Assembly: GCA_031414955.1 (NCBI GenBank)
Contig: JANOQV010000045.1
Location: 1-62,089, forward strand
Direction: 5' to 3'
Origin: Pedosphaera sp.
GTDB lineage: Bacteria > Verrucomicrobiota > Verrucomicrobiia > Limisphaerales > SIBH01
Length of the DNA: 62,089 bases
Shown: one piece after another, positions 50,012 through 59,381 of the stretch
How the letters are laid out: every line of letters begins with the position of its first letter
Numbering within the stretch: position 1 is the first letter of the stretch
Notes under the pieces: generated by a model
What the model was told of the DNA's origin: nothing
Database searches by the model: none
Seen by the model: the letters and a program-made list of their open reading frames with translations, nothing else
Program-made: the position numbers and the translations under genes

Positions 50012-53000
50012 ATGGTTCAAGCGACTTCATGTCAGCGCTGCGGTTCCCAGACCGGTGCTCCATTGCTTGGAGGCCTGTGCGCACCCTGTCGGACGACGGT
50101 CGGCTGGAGCCCGGAACCGGCGCAAGACGTCGATGCACCACGGGCCGCGCAGAACGTGGCGGCGTTGGACAAGACGACCGTTCTTGATTCGGAAGCATTG
50201 TTGCGTGAGACCGAGCCGAGCCGCCGCTTTGGCGATTACGAATTGATTTCAGAAATCGCCCGCGGAGGCATGGGCGTGGTCTACAAGGCGCGCCAGCTTT
50301 CGTTAAACCGGCTCGTGGCGGTGAAGATGATTCTCAACGCGCGCTTCAACAACCCGGAATACATTCGCCGGTTCCGCGCCGAGGCGGAAGCTGCGGCGAG
50401 CCTCCACCATCCGAACATTGTCGCGATTTACGAGATCGGCGAACAGGACGGGCAGCACTTCTTCTCGATGGAATATGTCGAGGGCCGGAACCTGTCTTCG
50501 GTGGTCCGCGAACAGCCGCTGCCCGCGGCCCGCGCGGCCCAGTTCGTGAAAATCATTTCCGAAGCCATCCATTACGCGCACCAGCGGGGCTTCGTGCATC
50601 GTGATCTCAAGCCGTCGAACGTGCTGATCGATTTGGAGGGCGAACTGCGCATCACGGACTTCGGTCTGGCCAAACGGCTGGCGGATTCGGACTTCACGGC
50701 CACGGACACTTCGCAACTGACCGTCTCGGGTCAGGTGCTCGGCTCGCCCAGTTACATGCCCCCGGAGCAGGCCGCCGGACTGAGCAAAGCCGTCGATGCA
50801 CGGAGCGACGTCTATTCGCTCGGCGCGATCCTCTATCATCTCTTGGTGGGCCGGCCCCCGTTCGCCGGCGAAACGATGGAGGCCACTCTGGTGCAAGTGC
50901 TGCAGATGGATCCGCCGCCGCCGCGATTATTGAATCCCGGAGTTCCGCGTGATCTGGAAACGATCTCCCTCAGGTGTCTCGAGAAGCACCGCGCCCAGCG
51001 TTATCAGTCGGCCCGGGAAGTGGCCGATGATCTGGGACGATTTCTTCGGCGCGAACCGATCCTCGCCCGTCCTCTGGGATGGGCGGGCCGGACCTGGCGC
51101 TGGTGCCAGCGCAAGCCGGCGCTGGCCGCGGCCCTCGCGTCGGTCGTGCTCGTGTTCGCCGCCGGACTAACGGGCGTTTTGTGGCAGTGGGCGCGCGCGG
51201 AGGCAAACGCCCGCAGCGAATTGCAGCAGCGGCGGCAGGCCGAGCAGGCGTCAGTTCGCGCCCTGCTGGGCCAGGCCCGATCCGGACGGTTGAGCGGAAT
51301 CGCCGGGCAACGATTCCTCGGCCTGGAAGCGCTCGGACAAGCCGCTGCGATTCAGCCTTCGTTGGAATTGCGCAACGAAGCCATCGCCTGCGCCTCGCTC
51401 GTGGATGTTCGCCGCGGGCCCAGATGGACTGCGGCCGAAGGTGACGTGTTTGCCTTCACGGACGACGCCGGGCGTTACGCCCGGGGCGGACGCGACGGTT
51501 CGATCGTCATCCATGATGCCGCGACCCAGCAGGACGGAGTTACGCTGCCGGCCTCAGGCGCGCCCGTGATGCAACTTCGTTTCAGCCACGGCGGCGGCTG
51601 GCTCGGCGTGGCCCACGGGCAGGACGAGACGGCCCTGACCCGCATCTGGAACGTGCGCGAGCGGAAGGTCGTTTTTGAATTCACCAACACGACCAGTCAG
51701 GCCTTCGATTTTGATGTCGCGCACGGGCTGGTCGCCGTGGGCGACGCGAACGGCATGGTGTCCATTTACTCGCTGACCAACCGGGAACGCGTGCAGTCCA
51801 TTGCCTATGATCGCAGTTGCGACTTTGTTCGATTCGATCCATCCGGTTCCCGCCTCGCCATCTCGAGCCCGGATAGCCTGAACGTGATGCTCTTTGACGC
51901 AACCAGCGGAACCGAGGTCGGTAGGCTGCCGCACAAAGGAGTGGTCCGCGGACTCGCCTGGCACCCCGAAGGCCGCCTGCTCGCGACGGCGTGTGACGAC
52001 AAGCAGATTCATCTATGGGACGTCGAAGGGCGTGTGGAACAGGCGTGGCCGGGACAGCCTCTGGTGCCGACCGACGTGGCCTTCAACCAGCGCGGTGATG
52101 GTCTGGCGTCCTACGGCAGCGACCGGGTGTTGCGATTGTGGAACCTGGCGGGCCGCGAGTTGGTGCGCCTCCCGGACATTTCCCTCGGCGCGCTGGTGTT
52201 TACCGAGGACGATCGATTCATCGCGCATGCGGTGGGCGAGGGCGAAACGTCCCTGCTGGAAGTGGCGTGGCCGGGCACCTCGCACCAGCTCGGCGATTCT
52301 GTCGCGCGAGTTCAGCCCGGTGCGCAATGGAACTCGGGCGCGAGCAATTTTCTCGCGCTGCCGACGTTCGAGGGGGTGGAGCTTTGGAACGCCCGAACCC
52401 GGACGAAGCTGACCAACCTGGCGGTCGGCTCCCTCAATTCCGCGCTGTTCGCGACCGACGGCACACTGGTGATCCGGGGCGTCAATGGGTTGCACGCCTT
52501 GCCGCTGCGGTGGGAAAGACTCGGCGAGGACACGCTGATTGTCGGGCCGCCCATGCTGTTCAATTTCTCCTCCGACCTCGCGCAAATCAGCGTTGGGCGG
52601 CACGGCCTGATTGCGGCGGCGAATGTTGATCGGATCACGTTGTTCCGGCCCGACTCGTTTCTCCCGCTGGCTGAGTTGTCCGGCCAGCCGGGGATTCGCA
52701 CCGTGGCGCTGAGCGCGGATGAGAGCCTGGTCGCCGCGGGCAACTGGGACAGCCAGCAGGTTCGCATCTGGAACGTGCGGGATCGTCTCGTGGTGACAAA
52801 CCTCACGGTGCCGGGCCGCGCGTTGGTGTCGTTCAGTCCGGACGGACGCTGGCTCGCCACCAGCACGGAGAAGGAATGCCGGCTCTGGCGAACGGGGGAT
52901 TGGTCGCCGGCCTGGACAGGCGCCTCGACGGCGCCGGAGCCGCGACCCATCGCCTTCGATCACGGCAGTTCCGTGCTCGCCTGGGCCTCTGCACTGGGGA

Positions 53001-53962
53001 CCGTGCAGTTGCTGGATCTGACGGCGAAGACGACCATCGCCGCCTGGGAGGCCGGAGGACGCGGCACCATCGCCGCCCTGGCCTTTGGGAACGATGATAC
53101 CGAATTGTTCTGCGCGAAGGACGGCGCCCCGCCGATTGTTTGGGAACTGTTGGAAACGCGCAGCGTTCTCCAAGGCATCGGGCTGGATTGGGGTTTGCCG
53201 ACGGCCCGGCGAACTTCGCTCGCCGCTCTGGCACCGCCTCGGGTTCTTGCCGACATCCGGAGATTTAACGTAACCCAGCGCGCCTTCCGTGACCTCCAAG
53301 ATCTGGACCGAAAGCTCAAGGCGACGAACGATTTCAAGAATTGGAAGATGCGCGGCCTGATCAACCTGAATCTCGGCCGCTTCGAAGCGGCGGGTGATGA
53401 TTACGCGCGCGCGCTGTCGTTGGCGAACGACGCCAACTCCTTCGAAATGCGCGCCATGTCCCTCCTGCGCCTGGGTCGCACGGCGGAAGCCGTGGCGACC
53501 TACCGGGAATGCCTCGCCCAACATCCGGGCAATTACGTCTCCCTGGTGCAACTGGCCCAACAGTATTTGCAGGGACCGGCCGAATGGCGGGACATCGACA
53601 CCGGGTTCCGATACGCGGAGGAAGCGGTCGCGCAGTACCCATCCAAAGGCACAGCGCATCTGAGGCTGGCGGCGGCCTACTACTGCCGGAGCAATTACAC
53701 TGCGGCCTTGGAGGCATTGGCGCTGGCGCAATCCGCCAAGTCGCCGGCCGGGCTGGCGACCTGCCTCATGCTTGAGATAATGTGTCACGCGCAAATGGGA
53801 AACAAGCCAGCGGCCCAAGAGGCTTACGGCCGCGCGCTGTCCGCCCTGGCCGAGGACGCGGATTATCCGGAGTATAAATCCATGTTGGATGACACACTCC
53901 GAAAGACGCGCGCTGTTTTGCATGAACATGGAATCGACACCACCACCCGGGCCACACCCTGA
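50012..53962 (+). CDS. Ser/Thr protein kinase with Zn-ribbon, TM, WD40 repeats and TPRs
   Basis: CQRCG..LCAPC, RGGMGVVY, VAVK, HRDLKPSN, DFG, YMPPEQ; WD40 units (LAWHPEG.LLAT.CDD..I.LWD); helical TPR tail. Confidence 0.93.
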   Translation: MVQATSCQRCGSQTGAPLLGGLCAPCRTTVGWSPEPAQDVDAPRAAQNVAALDKTTVLDSEALLRETEPSRRFGDYELISEIARGGMGVVYKARQLSLNRLVAVKMILNARFNNPEYIRRFRAEAEAAASLHHPNIVAIYEIGEQDGQHFFSMEYVEGRNLSSVVREQPLPAARAAQFVKIISEAIHYAHQRGFVHRDLKPSNVLIDLEGELRITDFGLAKRLADSDFTATDTSQLTVSGQVLGSPSYMPPEQAAGLSKAVDARSDVYSLGAILYHLLVGRPPFAGETMEATLVQVLQMDPPPPRLLNPGVPRDLETISLRCLEKHRAQRYQSAREVADDLGRFLRREPILARPLGWAGRTWRWCQRKPALAAALASVVLVFAAGLTGVLWQWARAEANARSELQQRRQAEQASVRALLGQARSGRLSGIAGQRFLGLEALGQAAAIQPSLELRNEAIACASLVDVRRGPRWTAAEGDVFAFTDDAGRYARGGRDGSIVIHDAATQQDGVTLPASGAPVMQLRFSHGGGWLGVAHGQDETALTRIWNVRERKVVFEFTNTTSQAFDFDVAHGLVAVGDANGMVSIYSLTNRERVQSIAYDRSCDFVRFDPSGSRLAISSPDSLNVMLFDATSGTEVGRLPHKGVVRGLAWHPEGRLLATACDDKQIHLWDVEGRVEQAWPGQPLVPTDVAFNQRGDGLASYGSDRVLRLWNLAGRELVRLPDISLGALVFTEDDRFIAHAVGEGETSLLEVAWPGTSHQLGDSVARVQPGAQWNSGASNFLALPTFEGVELWNARTRTKLTNLAVGSLNSALFATDGTLVIRGVNGLHALPLRWERLGEDTLIVGPPMLFNFSSDLAQISVGRHGLIAAANVDRITLFRPDSFLPLAELSGQPGIRTVALSADESLVAAGNWDSQQVRIWNVRDRLVVTNLTVPGRALVSFSPDGRWLATSTEKECRLWRTGDWSPAWTGASTAPEPRPIAFDHGSSVLAWASALGTVQLLDLTAKTTIAAWEAGGRGTIAALAFGNDDTELFCAKDGAPPIVWELLETRSVLQGIGLDWGLPTARRTSLAALAPPRVLADIRRFNVTQRAFRDLQDLDRKLKATNDFKNWKMRGLINLNLGRFEAAGDDYARALSLANDANSFEMRAMSLLRLGRTAEAVATYRECLAQHPGNYVSLVQLAQQYLQGPAEWRDIDTGFRYAEEAVAQYPSKGTAHLRLAAAYYCRSNYTAALEALALAQSAKSPAGLATCLMLEIMCHAQMGNKPAAQEAYGRALSALAEDADYPEYKSMLDDTLRKTRAVLHEHGIDTTTRATP

Positions 53963-54356
53963 CCCGAGGGAAGCGCCGGACTTTGAACCGGCCCTCTGGC
54001 CCACCTGGGATGGCGCCCCGCTGGCCTCCGCTTCCGATCCAAAGTCCGAGCTGAAGCTCCACCTCGCGGCCGCCTACTACGTGATCAATCAGGAGTACCG
54101 CGCCCTGCAGGTGGTGCGCCAGGAACCGGACACTCCGGCGCGCGTCGCCCGCAGTCGCGAAGCCCTGCAACGAATCGAGCGAGCCATCCTGGCCAAAGAG
54201 CGGGTCGAGGCCGAGTGCGCCCCGCACGGTTTGATCCCCGATCCCGTGGTGCGAGATGGCGTGATCGCCGACCTCAAGTTCGGCCCCAAGCACCAGCCGC
54301 GCGCCCAGCCCTCGGCCCTCTCGATGTTTTTCCAGGTCCGCAGGCCGAGCCCATGA
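53922..54356 (+). CDS. Hypothetical protein
   Basis: Overlaps the kinase end; stop overlaps the GT9 start (ATGA); predicted helical hairpin. Confidence 0.65.
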   Translation: MNMESTPPPGPHPDPREAPDFEPALWPTWDGAPLASASDPKSELKLHLAAAYYVINQEYRALQVVRQEPDTPARVARSREALQRIERAILAKERVEAECAPHGLIPDPVVRDGVIADLKFGPKHQPRAQPSALSMFFQVRRPSP

Positions 54357-55423
54357 TTCCCCCGCCGCTCTTATCCCGTGGTTCGCAGGCCGTGCCCCGA
54401 AAATGGATTCTGCGCAGCTTCCAATCCCCGGGCGACATTCTCATGCTCACCGCCGCCGTGCGCGATTTGCATCGCTGCCTGCCCGGCGAATTCCTCACCG
54501 ATGTCCGCACCTCCTGCCCGCAGCTTTGGGAGAACAACCCTTACCTCACGGCCTTGGCCGAAGATGATCCCGGCGTGGAGGTCATCGAATGCCAGTACCC
54601 GCTCATCCATCAGTCCAACCAGGCGTCCTGGCATTTCGTTCACGGATTCACCGACTTCCTCAACCAGCGGCTCGGCGGACGGATTCGGCCCACCGCCTTC
54701 CGAGGCGACGTGCATCTTTCGGCTGCGGAAAAGACCGCGCCATCCCGCGTGGCGGAACTCGCGAGCCAGGATCTTCCGTATTGGATCATCGTCGGCGGCG
54801 GCAAATACGATTTCACCATCAAGTGGTGGAGTTACCAACGCTACCAGCGCGTCGTGGATTTGTTGCGCGGCCGGATCCTGTTCGTGCAGGTGGGCGAGGA
54901 AGGGCATTTTCACCCGCCGCTTTCCGGGGTCATCGATCTGCGCGGCAACACCAGCACCCGGGAATTGATCCGGCTGATGCACCATGCCCAGGGCGTGGTC
55001 TGCCCGGTCACCTTCCTCATGCATCTCGCGGCGGCGGTGGAGACGAGGCAGCGTGTTGATTCCCGCCCCTGCGTGGTCGTGGCGGGCGGACGTGAACCGC
55101 CCCAGTGGGAGGCCTATCCCCACCACCAGTTTATCCACACCATCGGAGCACTCCCGTGCTGCGCGACGGGCGGTTGCTGGCGGTCCCGCACCGTCGCCCT
55201 CGGCGATGGCGACGAGAAGGACGATCCGAAGTCCCTTTGTGTCGATGTCGTGGATGGCCTGCCGCGTTGCATGGATTTGATCACACCCGAGGAAGTCGTG
55301 CGCCGCATCGAACTCTATCTCAGCGGAGGCGCCGCCCGCGGCCTCACGCCGGCGGAATCCGCCCTGGCCGCGCCGCTGTTGAAGCGATCGCTCTTCCAGC
55401 AACTCACGGGCACTGACGTTTGA
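54353..55423 (+). CDS. Glycosyltransferase family 9 (heptosyltransferase-like), Cys-rich C-terminus
   Basis: SPGDILMLTAAVRDL, LWENNPY, IDLRGNTS.RELI, MHLAAA; CC..GGCW...C....PRCMD. Confidence 0.8.
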   Translation: MIPPPLLSRGSQAVPRKWILRSFQSPGDILMLTAAVRDLHRCLPGEFLTDVRTSCPQLWENNPYLTALAEDDPGVEVIECQYPLIHQSNQASWHFVHGFTDFLNQRLGGRIRPTAFRGDVHLSAAEKTAPSRVAELASQDLPYWIIVGGGKYDFTIKWWSYQRYQRVVDLLRGRILFVQVGEEGHFHPPLSGVIDLRGNTSTRELIRLMHHAQGVVCPVTFLMHLAAAVETRQRVDSRPCVVVAGGREPPQWEAYPHHQFIHTIGALPCCATGGCWRSRTVALGDGDEKDDPKSLCVDVVDGLPRCMDLITPEEVVRRIELYLSGGAARGLTPAESALAAPLLKRSLFQQLTGTDV

Positions 55424-55431
55424 CTCCAGAC

Positions 55432-56169
55432 ATGAACGCCTCAACTCCCGTGGTCTCGATTTGCGTGCTGACTTACGGCGACTATCCGCATCTGACTAGA
55501 CGTTGCCTCGGTCCAATCCTCGAGCATTGTCCGCGCAGTTCGTACCAACTGATCGTGGGCGCGAACGAGCCGGGGCGCGAAACGCTCGAATACCTTCAGG
55601 CCTTGCAGTCCGCCGGCCACATCGATGAGTTGATCGTCAGTCCCGCGAACCTCAACAAGTGCCCGATGATGCGCCAGATGTTCGAGCGCGTGCGCGCCGA
55701 ACTGGTCTGGTGGTTTGATGACGACGCGCAAATCACCGCGCCCGATGCCCTTGAACACTGGCTCGACGTGGTCAAGCGCAGCGCCCCCCGGACGGCGATG
55801 TGGGGCCAGACCGCTTATTGCGATCACCAAAAAGCCTTCTGGCATCGCGACGATGCGGTGCAATTTGTGCGTAGCGCGACCTGGTACCGCGGGCTGACGC
55901 CACCGTATTGGGAGCTGGGCGGCCAAGGGGAACTCAACTGGCAGAACACGGGCACGGGCAACGGCCGCTGGCTTTTCATCATCGGCGGGGCGTGGATGAT
56001 TCGCACGGCGGCGCTGCGGGAACTGGACTGGCCCGACCGGCGCCTGGTCAAGAACGGTGACGACGTGTTTCTTGGCGAAGCGCTCCGGCAGACGGGTTAT
56101 GGTTTCGCCGGCCTGCTCGACCTGCGCGTGGATCTCGGCCACGAAGAGCGCCGGGGCCAGGCCTGGTGA
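55432..56169 (+). CDS. Glycosyltransferase family 2 / GT-A fold
   Basis: VSICVLTY, WWFDDD (DxD), GDDVFLGE. Start at ATG 55432 or TTG 55420. Confidence 0.75.
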   Translation: MNASTPVVSICVLTYGDYPHLTRRCLGPILEHCPRSSYQLIVGANEPGRETLEYLQALQSAGHIDELIVSPANLNKCPMMRQMFERVRAELVWWFDDDAQITAPDALEHWLDVVKRSAPRTAMWGQTAYCDHQKAFWHRDDAVQFVRSATWYRGLTPPYWELGGQGELNWQNTGTGNGRWLFIIGGAWMIRTAALRELDWPDRRLVKNGDDVFLGEALRQTGYGFAGLLDLRVDLGHEERRGQAW

Positions 56170-56204
56170 TGTTCCCAACCCCCGGCCTGTGACTCGAAGT
56201 CAGA

Positions 56205-56801
56205 TCACGGCCACGTCGCCTTCGCTGAGTAGTAGGAGGAAGAAGAACTCGGATCCTTTTTGAGCTGCACCGCTTCGAGGATAAGGACGTAGTCGGTGAT
56301 AAATCCCCAGGATGCTAAAGATTCCTGATCGGCTATGAAGGTCACGTTACCGGTCATTGGATATCCATTGGGCTCGATGGGGCTATATTTCTTCGAGCAA
56401 TATGGGTCGCTTGAAATCCCAGTCACGGGCACCAGCGGCCACGTTACGGTCGTCGCAAGCCCAAGCAAATTCCGCAACTGTTTCGCCGACGCGGCAAAAG
56501 TTTGAAACAATGCGTTACTCTGAAAGTCTGCTGGATTGGAACTGGGGAATTGGCTCCACAGTTGATTCAACGTGAACAAGTAGCTGTTTAGTTGCGCCAG
56601 CTTGTCTTCCAACTGCCAGGCAATGTGCCGAAACTGCGCCGGAAAATCGGAGCCTTTGTCGTCCACGGCTTCGGCACCACCTTGTGGCGGCGGAGGACTT
56701 ATCAACGGTGTCTTGCTCAGATAGATGTGTCCATAATTGCTGCCTCCTAATGTGATCTGGAATTGCGTCTGGACGCCAGGGTTCGGAGTGTTTTGTGCCA
56801 T
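56205..56801 (-). CDS. Hypothetical protein (lower GC, orphan-like)
   Basis: 198-aa ORF with natural composition in an AT-richer segment. Confidence 0.7.
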   Translation of the reverse strand: MAQNTPNPGVQTQFQITLGGSNYGHIYLSKTPLISPPPPQGGAEAVDDKGSDFPAQFRHIAWQLEDKLAQLNSYLFTLNQLWSQFPSSNPADFQSNALFQTFAASAKQLRNLLGLATTVTWPLVPVTGISSDPYCSKKYSPIEPNGYPMTGNVTFIADQESLASWGFITDYVLILEAVQLKKDPSSSSSYYSAKATWP

Positions 56802-56907
56802 GCCGGCATTCTGATTTTTCAGAGCACGATCTCAAGTCTCCTCTCAAGGAATTTTTCGCTGTCCAAGTTCCCCTCCCGGGAGAAAGCTCCTTTCAGGTGC
56901 TGACTGT

Positions 56908-58020
56908 ATGAACCTCGTCCCTGCAATGATGGTGGTCGTAGGCTTGGTCGTTGCTTGCCACGGAGCGGACGAACCCGCCGAGGCCCAACGCAAACAGTGT
57001 CGCCGGCAGTTGCTGCTCCTGCGCGACGCGCTCGAAAACTATCGCGAACAGCAAGGCGATTGGCCGGCTTCCCTGACGAACTTGATGCCCCAATACGTCA
57101 CCGACGGCAACCTCCTCTACTGCCCGCGCAACGTCCGCCCGGGCAAGGAAGGCGGGAGCCGATACGAATATGAGTTCTCGCTGAGTGGATCCATCAACGC
57201 GCTCGAATCTGTGATTCCGGGTGGCATCAAGCGCAAAAAGCGGGAATGGAAAGAACGCCAGATTTCCCTGGTCGGAGATGCCATCCCGCTCGTGCGTTGC
57301 CTGGCGCACGGGGAGGATCGTGTCCTGAACCTGCCGCTGGCCGGGCCCATCTATGAGAGTGAAAAGTATTGGGAAAAGAAATTCACAAACGAGGTCATGA
57401 CCCTGGCCGGTTTCGATGACGAACCCCTGTTCGCCCTTGAAGCCGCCGTTTACAACAGCCTCACGCCCCGCGATCCGAAAGCCACACCCGCCCAGGTGAA
57501 CCTCGAAGGCTATTACAACCTTCGACTCGATGATCCTTTGATCGCGCGCGTGGCGCCCGGGGCCGGCTTTCTGTCGAGACCCGATTGGCAATTCGATGCG
57601 CGGGGAGCGATTCAACTGCGCTTTTCCGGAACCAACGGCCAGCCCTTCCCAAAAAACGTGCTCGCGATTTCCATCAACGCGAAGTGTCAGCGCCTGCACT
57701 TCCTCCACGGCATCAGCGAGCCGCTCAAGCCGGGGACGATCGTTGCCCGCTACCTGGTGCGCGATCTCCGCGGGCGATTGCATCCCATGCCAGTCGCCTA
57801 TGGCCGCGACCTCGTGGCCGCCGGCCCCGGAGTGGAGGCATCGCCAGGTCTCGCGCCGCCCCGGGTGATTGAAATCGCGGGTGATGCGAAACGCCCGCCG
57901 GTGAAGCTGTGCCTCAGCACCTGGATCAATCCCTCGCCCGATGTCGCCATCGCCTCCGTTGATTTGCGTTCCGAAGTGACGTCAACAGCTCCCTTCATCC
58001 TGGCCATCACGGCCGAGTGA
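56908..58020 (+). CDS. Secreted/lipoprotein: pseudopilin-like N-terminal module plus C-terminal beta-sandwich
   Basis: Signal peptide (LVVAC), C..QL..L..AL..Y....G.WP.SL..L; tail FDARGAIQL...LHFLHG...YGRD...W.NP.P. Confidence 0.7.
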   Translation: MNLVPAMMVVVGLVVACHGADEPAEAQRKQCRRQLLLLRDALENYREQQGDWPASLTNLMPQYVTDGNLLYCPRNVRPGKEGGSRYEYEFSLSGSINALESVIPGGIKRKKREWKERQISLVGDAIPLVRCLAHGEDRVLNLPLAGPIYESEKYWEKKFTNEVMTLAGFDDEPLFALEAAVYNSLTPRDPKATPAQVNLEGYYNLRLDDPLIARVAPGAGFLSRPDWQFDARGAIQLRFSGTNGQPFPKNVLAISINAKCQRLHFLHGISEPLKPGTIVARYLVRDLRGRLHPMPVAYGRDLVAAGPGVEASPGLAPPRVIEIAGDAKRPPVKLCLSTWINPSPDVAIASVDLRSEVTSTAPFILAITAE

Positions 58021-58370
58021 GGACACGGGTTTGGCTGCGCCTGGAGAAGGGGCGCTGTTCTCTCTGTTTGCTTTTGTGCCAATCGCATGGTTCCGGTTAA
58101 TCACGATTTGAGTTCACCGCTCGAAAGCCTTCGGGAACGGAAGGTTTTCGCCCGCGGCCAGCCGCCCTGTGAGGTGGCTGTGAACCATTTTCTGGTTTTC
58201 TCCTTCCAAAATTTGACGCCGCTACGAACAGGAGTAGCTTGCATCACAGCCAATGAAATCAGGGTTAAAAACCAATTCAACTCCGTGTAGAGGCGGTCAG
58301 TCAGAAGCGCCAGCCGGCGCCACTTCCTAGGGCGCACGCGCTTCGGCTTTCCGTCGCCACGGCGGCGGAC

Positions 58371-59381
58371 ATGAAAGTTGAGGCCACAGTTCTTCGGTGT
58401 GATTCGGATGAGGGTAAATCCGACCAGGGACTCCTGATTTCAAAATCCCCCGCTCGTTCTCCCCGCATCGGTCTGGCCCTTTCCTCCGGCGGGGCCAAGG
58501 GTCTGGCCCACATCGGAGTCGTCCAGGTACTCGAGGAAAACGGAATTCACATCGACGCCATCGCCGGCTCCAGCATGGGCGCTTACGTCGCGGCGGTCTG
58601 GGCTTACGGCCACGATGGCGCGGCCATGGAAAAATTTGCGCGGGACGTGGAAGGACGGTGGTCGTGGCTCCGCCTCCTCGATCCCGTCCTGGTCCCGCGC
58701 TCCGGCTTGCTCCGCGGTGAAAAGACCCGCCGCCGCCTGAAAGCCGCCATCGGCGAGGCGGAGTTCTGTGACCTCGCCCGGCCCTTGCGCGTTGTGGCCA
58801 CGAACCTCAACACCCTGGAGCGCGTCGTGTTCAACTCCGGCGAAGTGGCCCTCGCCGTGCAAGCCAGCAGCGCCATTCCGGGCATCTGTGCGCCGGTGCG
58901 CATCGGCGATGAACTCTTCTTCGACGGCGGCGTGGCTGATCCGCTGCCGGTCGATGTGGCGCGAGAGATGGGCGTCGATATTGTCATCGCGGTCAATGTG
59001 ATCCCCACCCCGGCCTACCTGCGCTGCCGGATGGAATTCGATCGCGAACAGGCTCTGGCCCACAACGAACACTTGCACGGTCTCAAGCGCATCCTGCGCC
59101 GCAGCGTCGATGCCGTGGCCGCCGCCAACGTATTTTCGGTGATGCACCGCACCTTGCTCGGCGCGCAGATGCGCCTGGCCGAGCATTCCTGCCGCCACGC
59201 CGATCTCGTCCTGCGCCCGCTATCCTTCGACGGCCGGTGGCACGACTTCCACCGGCCCGGCAAATACATCGCGCTCGGCCGCCGCACGGCCGAGGAACAC
59301 CTGTCGGAAATAAAGGCCCTCATCAGGAGACAAACGCATGAACACATCACCGCTCACCACCCATTGGCAGTCGCTGCCTGA
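58371..59381 (+). CDS. Patatin-like phospholipase (RssA/NTE family)
   Basis: SSGGAKGLAHIGV, GSSMG, DGG. Confidence 0.92.
   Translation: MKVEATVLRCDSDEGKSDQGLLISKSPARSPRIGLALSSGGAKGLAHIGVVQVLEENGIHIDAIAGSSMGAYVAAVWAYGHDGAAMEKFARDVEGRWSWLRLLDPVLVPRSGLLRGEKTRRRLKAAIGEAEFCDLARPLRVVATNLNTLERVVFNSGEVALAVQASSAIPGICAPVRIGDELFFDGGVADPLPVDVAREMGVDIVIAVNVIPTPAYLRCRMEFDREQALAHNEHLHGLKRILRRSVDAVAAANVFSVMHRTLLGAQMRLAEHSCRHADLVLRPLSFDGRWHDFHRPGKYIALGRRTAEEHLSEIKALIRRQTHEHITAHHPLAVAA

Noticed and set aside
52013..54004. 663-aa minus-strand ORF (and similar ones at 32697-34226, 34208-35782, 18840-20285)
   Set aside because: Antisense to well-supported genes; expected at this GC content.
53660..54081. LxLAAAYY occurs in both the kinase TPR tail and the next ORF
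   Set aside because: An eight-residue helical match with no extension; likely coincidence.
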